A stretch of 64,000 bases of DNA, taken from assembly GCA_012295275.1 (NCBI GenBank), contig CM022671.1:31434001-31498000 (forward strand). The letters run 5' to 3'. The notes under the pieces are model-generated. The model ran no database searches and was not told the DNA's origin. It saw nothing but the letters and a program-made list of their open reading frames with translations. A program made the translations under genes and the position numbers. Shown piece by piece: positions 56,089 to 64,000 of the stretch. Origin of the DNA: Chrysomallon squamiferum (taxonomy: Eukaryota; Animalia; Mollusca). Every line of letters begins with the position of its first letter. Within the stretch, counting starts at the first letter, position 1.

Positions 56089-56799
56089 AGTATTCTTGAT
56101 TGCAATGGTCGTAGAAGTAATGATCTGATATAGCTCGACTTCATTTTACAATTTTTATTATTACTAGTAATAATAATAGTAGTAGTAGAAGCAATTGTGG
56201 CAATGGTTTTAGTTGTAATAGCAGTGGCAGTAGTAGTAGTTGTTGTTGTTGTTCTTGCCTATGTTGTTAATAACCATATGAGAAGCAGAAGTCGGACTAT
56301 TGGTCTTGATGTTTATTTGTTGAGGATGGTAGTATTCAAAGATGTAGTAGTGGTAGTAATGATGATGGTCCTAGCCACTGTAGAAATAGTAGTAGTGGCA
56401 GCATAAAAGTAGTTATGATAATTATAATGAAGAAAAAGAAAATAAAGATAATGATGACGAAGATGATAATCGTCATTATCATGAAGAGAGATTGATGATC
56501 AGTAAGAAAAAATAAATACTAAAACTCGGGAAAAAAGATCGAAAAATGCATGCACGCGCGCAAATTCATACATTGAAACATACACGATGAAAATAAGAGA
56601 AATAGATGAGTGACTATGCTGGAGGGGGGTTTCTTTGTATTTTTTTTTTTTATTAAGTCCAAATTAATCCACCGGGTGATACAAACGTGTACCGTAAATC
56701 TCCTAAACAGGAAACTACATCCAAGTGCAAACAGAAACCTAATTTCAACATCGCCGCATCCGCTGAAGGAATTTAACATTATCTACCCGCATTAACATA

Positions 56800-57130
56800 C
56801 CCTCGTCACATTCATCTCGCACTTCAGGGACCAATCCATTACATCGGGGGGGGGGGGTGGGGGGCGGTGGGGCGGCCTAGCGACGTAATTATTCAAAATG
56901 AGATTTGTTAACGTATAAATGCATTTATTTAAAACTGGTTAGAAGGTGCGTCGGGTGCACACAAACCTCGCACTGGATTTTGCGCGTTCATTTGCGAGTT
57001 AGCAAGAATCCACGTCTGAAAACGGCTCGGAAATTGAGGCGTAAAGTGGGTCATTGCGTTTTGCGGTCTCCGGCCCAGCCGCATACTGGAATATCTCATT
57101 TGCATATATGATAATTAGCATAAGCGTATC
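56800..57130. promoter_or_regulatory. GC-richer island with CCAAT box, G-tract/GC boxes and two octamer-type motifs
   Basis: CCAAT 56831-56835; G12-t-G6-c-gg-t-G4 at 56846-56875; ATTTGCAT 57098-57105; ATTAGCAT 57114-57121. Function is inferred only. Confidence 0.35.
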
Positions 57131-57335
57131 ATTTCCGAGTACTGCCTGGTGTCTCCTATGGGTTTGTCTTTAGCTGTCACATAAAAATATTATTGTTTAT
57201 GTTGTGTTTGATTAGTGTGTCTGACAGATGAGGATAGGTACGAACAGACGAGCAAGGGGCAGAATTAGAATAAAATTGGGTAGGGTAATATCTGTTTGTG
57301 TCTGTGAGAATCTCTCTCTCTCATTTTCTTCCGTG

Positions 57336-57431
<96 letters not shown>

Positions 57432-57978
57432 TACGTGACTTTGCCACCCACGGACCTAATCATCAGTCATTTCTGAACTATTCTCGAAACCTGAACAAGT
57501 TCCTATCACTAGTGAGTCAACAGTCGTACAGTTCCCTATTCTGACCCTCTCATGAAGGTTGAAGAAATCCTCACACACACCCCCAGTCTCATTCTGCTTC
57601 ATCTTCTGTCTGAACTCGTTCTTCGAATATCTTCTAAACATCAACACTTCACTCTGCTAAAATGAATCCTCGGTCATTTAGTCACCCGATAGATCGGAAC
57701 TCATCGTTCCAGAATTATATCGTCAAATATTCACCTTTCAGTCACCCAGTCACCCACTCACCCACCCGCTTGTGGAAAAATCTTCCCATCGTGTTTTCAC
57801 ATACCTACATATATAACGAAAACATCTTTGAAATGCTGGAAATAGTTTGTTCATCATAAATGATCACCAACCATAAATAAATGCAATCAAAATATGATAA
57901 ATGAAATATAATTTTTTTAAAATTTTTCCTAAATTTATTTAACATGACCTCGTTTTTGACTCGGCATAAGAATTCTAT

Positions 57979-58016
<38 letters not shown>

Positions 58017-59719
58017 AATTAGATTACGTATAATTGAAAGTAACGTATTTATTAACAGTTTAATGTCGGCTGATTCGACGGTTTGGTATTTTAACAACAT
58101 TTTTCCGAGATCTTTTTCTTGACAATGATGCATGGAGACGGTATGTAAACAAGGAACAATCGTCTGTACTACAAAAATAATAAATAATAATAATAATAAT
58201 AAATAATCAGAAAAAAAAAAAAAAACATTTACGAAAACAAAATATGTGTTTATCACAGAAGACGTCACGAAATAGACATTGTAATTTATAACCTATTTTG
58301 TTTATTTATTTTTTTTTTTGTTTGTTTGTTTGTTAAATGTGATTTTTTATTTTAATTTTAATGCAACTATATTTTAACACAGTTCATTTTTTTTATTATT
58401 TGACAATTAATTACGACGACGATGGCAACAAAAAAATAAATAAAAAAAAAAAAAAACACGAAAATAACAGCTACAAAAACAGTAGCAAAAGCAATAACAA
58501 AAATAATAATAGTAATAGTAGTACTAAATAACAACAAGAACGAAATAAATAAAAATAAATTAATTTTTTCAAAGATTAAGATATATTTATTTTATTAACG
58601 TTGAATAATTCTTCAGAATTTTTGTTAAAAAAAATTAAATAAATGATCCATTTAAAGCAGCAACATTCTACTTCTTCTTCTTCAAGCTATTATTAATAGT
58701 GATAGTAGTTATCATCGTAGTACTAATAGTGATGACATAAAGTCCTATCTCCTAAACTTTAACCAGTGCTGCTGTCGTCAATATGGCAACTACTACCAGT
58801 ACTGCAACAACAACAACAACAACAACTACTACTACTACTAATAATAATAACGACTGTTACCATTTCTATTACTACTACCGACTTTTACTACTACTACTAC
58901 TTTTACTACTTTTATTACTACAGCCACTAATACTAATTCTGTTACTACTACTACTACTACTACTAGTTCTAGTATTACTACTACTATTTCTGTTGCAACA
59001 ACAAGGACTCGTATTACTGGTGCAACTGCAGAAAATAAAAATCATCTGAGCAAGAACTAATTTACGCTATTTTGCCTAAGTTTTGTTTTTGAGTGACCAA
59101 TTTTTAATTATTTTGTCCTGTTACAAAAAAGTCCTCACACATTTTTTTTTTTCACCCCACTACACTTGTCGATGGATCTGCCCTAACTTAATGTAGAGTT
59201 TTGAGGAAATCCTATCCAAAAACTACCTTTTAAAAATAGCCTAACAAGGAAACAACAGTGCTATATATATATATCTACATATAATTTTTAGCAAAAGCTA
59301 TAACCTTTTTATTTTTATTTTATTATATTTTTTTACAATCTCCACTAAAACAAATTTGAATAAATTAAGTATTTATAAATTAATTACACGTCTCTGTAAC
59401 TTTAAAATATTTAGAAATGATTTTGTATAAATTAGCTATTAATAAATATCTTACAGATACGAAAATAAAATACCGGGTGGTTTATTGAAAGCGCGTTATA
59501 AAACTGTAATTATTTGACACAGTCAAGCTGGGTAAAGGGCTGAAAGGATGCGTGAACTAAAGTTAGGATATTTCAGCTGGGAACGTTATATAACAGCGGT
59601 ACGCTGCATACACGGTTGTGGGAAAACCGAGGTAACAACTGACAGAGAAATAGAGAAAATGTGTCACGAGATTAGAAGAAACTCCGTTACTCATTTTTGT
59701 TAGTTTTACTAACACTGAT

Positions 59720-59757
59720 ATACCACCACTACTACTACTACCACCACCACCACCACC

Positions 59758-59792
<35 letters not shown>

Positions 59793-60330
59793 CACCACCA
59801 CCACACTACTACCACCACCACCACCACTACTACTACTACTACTGTTACAGTTGCTGCTGCTATTAGTTCTACATTCTTAATGCTGCTGATACTACTATGA
59901 CTGCTGCTATTACTGCTACCTCCACCTCAGCTACTGCTTCTACTATTATTACAACAACAACTACTACTACTATTACTACTTCTACTACTACGGCCGCTGC
60001 TGTTATTATTTTTTCCACTTTACTACTGTTACAATAGCTACTACTGGTACTACTGCTACAACTGCTGCTGCAGCCACTACTACTACGACTGCTGTTGCTG
60101 CTACGACTACCACTAGTACTTCAACACCGCCATTTCACTTTTAAAACAACTACTACTGTTTTATTACTATCACCAATACTACCGCTCCAGCTTTTACTAC
60201 TACTATCTCTATTGCTGTCACTCTGTTACTATAACCATTACCGCCTCCACTTCTACTACTATTAAACTACTACTACTACAACAACAACAACTACTACTAC
60301 TACTAAAGAACTACTGCTGCAACTACTGCT
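59720..60330. repeat. Degenerate trinucleotide (CTA/CCA/CTG) tract
   Basis: Mixed trinucleotide repeats that generate spurious poly-H/Y/T ORFs. Confidence 0.9.
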
Positions 60331-60914
60331 TCTACACAGCTTGGGAATTATGCAGTGGAGAAAGGAACTGTTCTTCAATCAGTTATAAATATGCATGATA
60401 CCCTGAAACGCTGAAGCAGTAAGAGATGATATTATATTTCATATTATTATCTTGATATCTGTATATCGTGAGCTACATCGACCACAAATGACGTCAACGA
60501 AGAGGTTTAAAGTCTGCTACAGCAGCTGCCAATGTCTACCGTTATCTTCTCTGGCCGTTATACTATTAATATCAGATACGTTGCGTTTTAGAAAGTTGCT
60601 AATAATAACAATGACGACGATGATGATATGGATGATGATAATGATGATGTATTTGGTGATGAAAATGATGATGTGGACGGTATTTGCTGGTGTTGCTACG
60701 TCTTTAGAGTTAAGTCATGGTTGTCGGATAAATACTCCTAGGAATACACTTAGGTCTGTTTCCCGTTCCAGTTCGGCTCCATGTTTTTCCTTTATGGAAA
60801 TATGTATTAAAACAAATCCAGTGCTGTTAATTAATAACAATATCCAATAGAGTGAAACAAATAGCATTAAAATGTAAATAAATAAATAAACAAATAAATA
60901 AATAAATGATGATG

Positions 60915-60948
<34 letters not shown>

Positions 60949-61118
60949 TAACAATAACAATAATAATAAAAGACAAAACAAAGGCCAGTGACTTACAAAT
61001 ACGTGTGGAAATGGATTTGTTGCATGTTTTATTATTTAATTTTTATCCTCACGTCAGTAATTTCTGCGGCTAGGTTTCTTTAGTAATCGTATTTGTTTTT
61101 CATCATCATTAATTATTA

Positions 61119-61157
<39 letters not shown>

Positions 61158-61790
61158 TTTGTTATTGTTATTTCACAATTACGTCACGGTTTACGCACGA
61201 ACTGAAATTAGCCGAGTGATAAATCTGCTCTTCCCACACCTCCTCACAATGGACCTGGAACGGAAGTGGTTTTCTTTCACCGACGCTCGCCTGCCTGCCA
61301 TTAACAAACAAATCTGTTATCTGAGCGATTTACCAAACGTATCGCGTTATTATCAGCCATCTTGCTTTTGGGATGGCGAAATAATTTGTCAGACTAAGTA
61401 ACGTTTATCGTGCCGTCTGCTGGCCACGCGCCGGATCTGTTTTTGTCTTTTGGTCATGCGCAGCGTGTTGCAACTGATGTTATCGCCCCTTATCTGCCGG
61501 TGTATACGTTTTTTATCTCCACGTTTTGCTCTCGTTATTCGCGCCTAGCGCCGCCACTGTACTGTAATTCTTTCTTTCCTTGAATGCAGGTAGTGCTGTG
61601 CATTCTTGCGTGGAAAGAGGAAGATTTTATTATTATTGTTAGTAGTAGTAGTATTAGTATTATTTTTTTATTTTTTATTTTTTATTTTTTTTTAAAAGCT
61701 GTTTTGTTGTTTTGCAAAGATGTTACTAGCGATCGGAAAATCGTGATTATACTAGGAGTAGCGTATGCGTTAGAATTTATTTTTAAATCA

Positions 61791-61823
<33 letters not shown>

Positions 61824-61938
61824 GATAATGATGATGAAGAAGAGGAGAAATAAAATAATGAATAAGAAAAAAGAATCTCATTATTTTCTGATTTCGTGAG
61901 ATTGTCTTTTTCTGTTTCTCTGTTCAAAACTGGAAACA

Positions 61939-62038
<100 letters not shown>

Positions 62039-62392
62039 CTGTTTTATAGACTGCATTCATTATCCTTGTTTTTCAACAAATGCATTAATTCTACCAAACA
62101 TGTATTTGTACTACGAAACACTAATTCACGAACAAAGTATTGCTTACATCAACACTTACTAAATAATCAGATCTAATTTTTTGGTGAAAACCTCACAGTC
62201 TGTCTACACCTAGTTTGTTAGTAAACATGTCTAACATTTAATTAACGGAAATTTAACCAATCATAACCGGAAGTTACTGGCGTCACGTGATCATGTCTAC
62301 AAAATGCGTCTAGTTTAACAAGACTACGCAGATAAGACAGAACGAAAACTGGCTCGAGTGAGCCCTCTTTAAATGAAGATGTACTTTTTAAT

Positions 62393-62726
62393 TATCACGT
62401 TCGCCACCAGGGGGCGCTGGTGGCATTGTTGCAATTAGATGCAATCTGATACGAACACAGGAAATAACAAAGGTGTACAGTGTAGGAGCTCCTGGGATAG
62501 AGAAACAAGAGGAATCTAGTATGTTCTGGAAGGTGTTTGTAGCGTTCACGGTAATTATGTCGCCAACGTGAACGCTGCATGCGGGGACGCAACGACGTGC
62601 CGAGAGCGTCGAAGGAGAGGCAGAAGGGTCATTACGTTTAAAGCCGGTAGACAGTGAGTTCGTTCCTCGGAAAGGGATCAAGGGTCAGAGTTGATTGTGC
62701 GATATCAGACGCCACATCGCCTGACA
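62393..62726. mobile_element. Candidate solo LTR (~334 bp GC-rich block)
   Basis: Sharply bounded GC-rich block starting TATCACG (one change from TGTCACG) and ending CTGACA, flanked by ttaat / gtaat (4 of 5 match as a possible target-site duplication). No internal coding remnant. Confidence 0.3.
62401..62419 (+). promoter_or_regulatory. Near-perfect CTCF core motif
   Basis: tcgCCACCAGGGGGCGCtg matches the established CTCF consensus (tggCCACCAGGGGGCGCta). Confidence 0.55.
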
Positions 62727-62790
62727 GTAATTAGTATTATTTGTAAAACAGTTTGTTGTGTGTGTGTCTGGAATCACGTAATTTAATATT

Positions 62791-62823
<33 letters not shown>

Positions 62824-62977
62824 CTGAACTAGAGATAGTGCTATAAGATACATTTAAATATCTATAAAAATTAGATAAACTCACACAAACACGTATGTAC
62901 ACACACAACCATGAAACTCCTCAAACCTCACCCTAAATAAACCCACCAAAAAACAAAATAAAATCGTTTTCTTTTGC

Positions 62978-63010
<33 letters not shown>

Positions 63011-63147
63011 AATAAAACAAAACAAAACAAAAATTAAGTAAAAGCCTTTAAAATTCTGGGGTTTTTTTTGGCATTTATTTATCATAACTTTATAATATTA
63101 CTGGTTTTCTTTTTCTTCTTCTTCTTCTTCTTCTTCTTCTTCTTCTT

Positions 63148-63178
<31 letters not shown>

Positions 63179-63750
63179 TTATTATTATTATTATTATTGT
63201 TATTATTATTATTATTATTACTGTTTGACATGCACACATTTGATTAGACTTTGAACATAGATAAACTCGAACAACCAACTTGAACAGAGGGCAAAGTCCT
63301 GACAGTCTTCCAAAAAGTCACTGTAACTGTCGAAATTCGATCCAGGAACCTCATGACCCGCACTTAGGAACACAGCTACCAAAATATTTGTAAATAAGGA
63401 ATGACTGTATCGTCGTGTCTTTTATATTATTTATTGCTTGTGGCTGTTAGACTTAAATTCAGTGAAAATAATCTATTGTTAAAGATTTGTCGCTGTGTAT
63501 AACAGAAGAATTAGTGTACATCGGTAGACGTCAGATATTATTTTCTTACCATCAGCAGCAACTGCGTTACCACAATATTACTTTAATAAACACGACCACG
63601 ACGACAACGACCAATAAGAATAGCAATAATGATGACGATGATGACCATAATGCAATATAAGGAAAAGGCAAATGATGATGTTGATGTTGATGTTGATGAT
63701 GATGATGATGATGATGATAATAATAGCAAAAGAAAACGTTTTATATTTTA

Positions 63751-63800
<50 letters not shown>

Positions 63801-63856
63801 TTTATAAATAAAAAAATGGTGAAAAAGAAGAAGAATAACAATGTCGACATGATAAT

Positions 63857-63930
<74 letters not shown>

Positions 63931-64000
63931 ATGAACACGAATCACAAAGCCAATATACGCTTAAGACCTTAACACAACAGTATTTAGTGACATATAACTG

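Noticed and set aside
57228-57860. Possible exons or ORFs (57228 acceptor-like site; 57456-57647; 57662-57859)
   Set aside because: Short frames, no recognisable domain and no consistent splice chain.
62388-62681. 97-aa minus-strand ORF in the GC-rich block
   Set aside because: No motif; open frames are expected in GC-rich repeat-like DNA.

Overview
AT-rich, microsatellite-dense, intron-containing animal genomic DNA. A mollusc, possibly a cephalopod, is my inference from repeat style and gene families; it is not proven. Most ORFs in the supplied track are microsatellite artefacts. Four spliced loci can be rebuilt by hand from GT-AG sites. (1) A damaged muskelin (MKLN1) copy on the minus strand (471-~5830) with frameshifts and several missing exons. 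(2, 3) Two tandem minus-strand paralogues, A (16967-8018, about 1289 aa) and B (41159-26859, about 1460 aa), with the same 7-exon structure. Each encodes signal peptide + TWO class-C-GPCR-type Venus flytrap (VFT) domains, each followed by a 3-Cys mini-linker, + ONE transmembrane helix + a long disordered tail with tyrosine motifs and a C-terminal PDZ-ligand-like end. There is no 7TM, kinase or cyclase domain. This pair is the main candidate for an undescribed receptor system. (4) A plus-strand two-exon gene (44278-51859, about 384 aa) for a secreted, very acidic protein ending in an EF-hand pair. The window also contains a decayed MULE transposon, LINE 3' remnants, a MITE, a tandem segmental duplication between A and B, and a CTCF-motif-bearing candidate solo LTR. 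All gene models are manual and lack transcript support.
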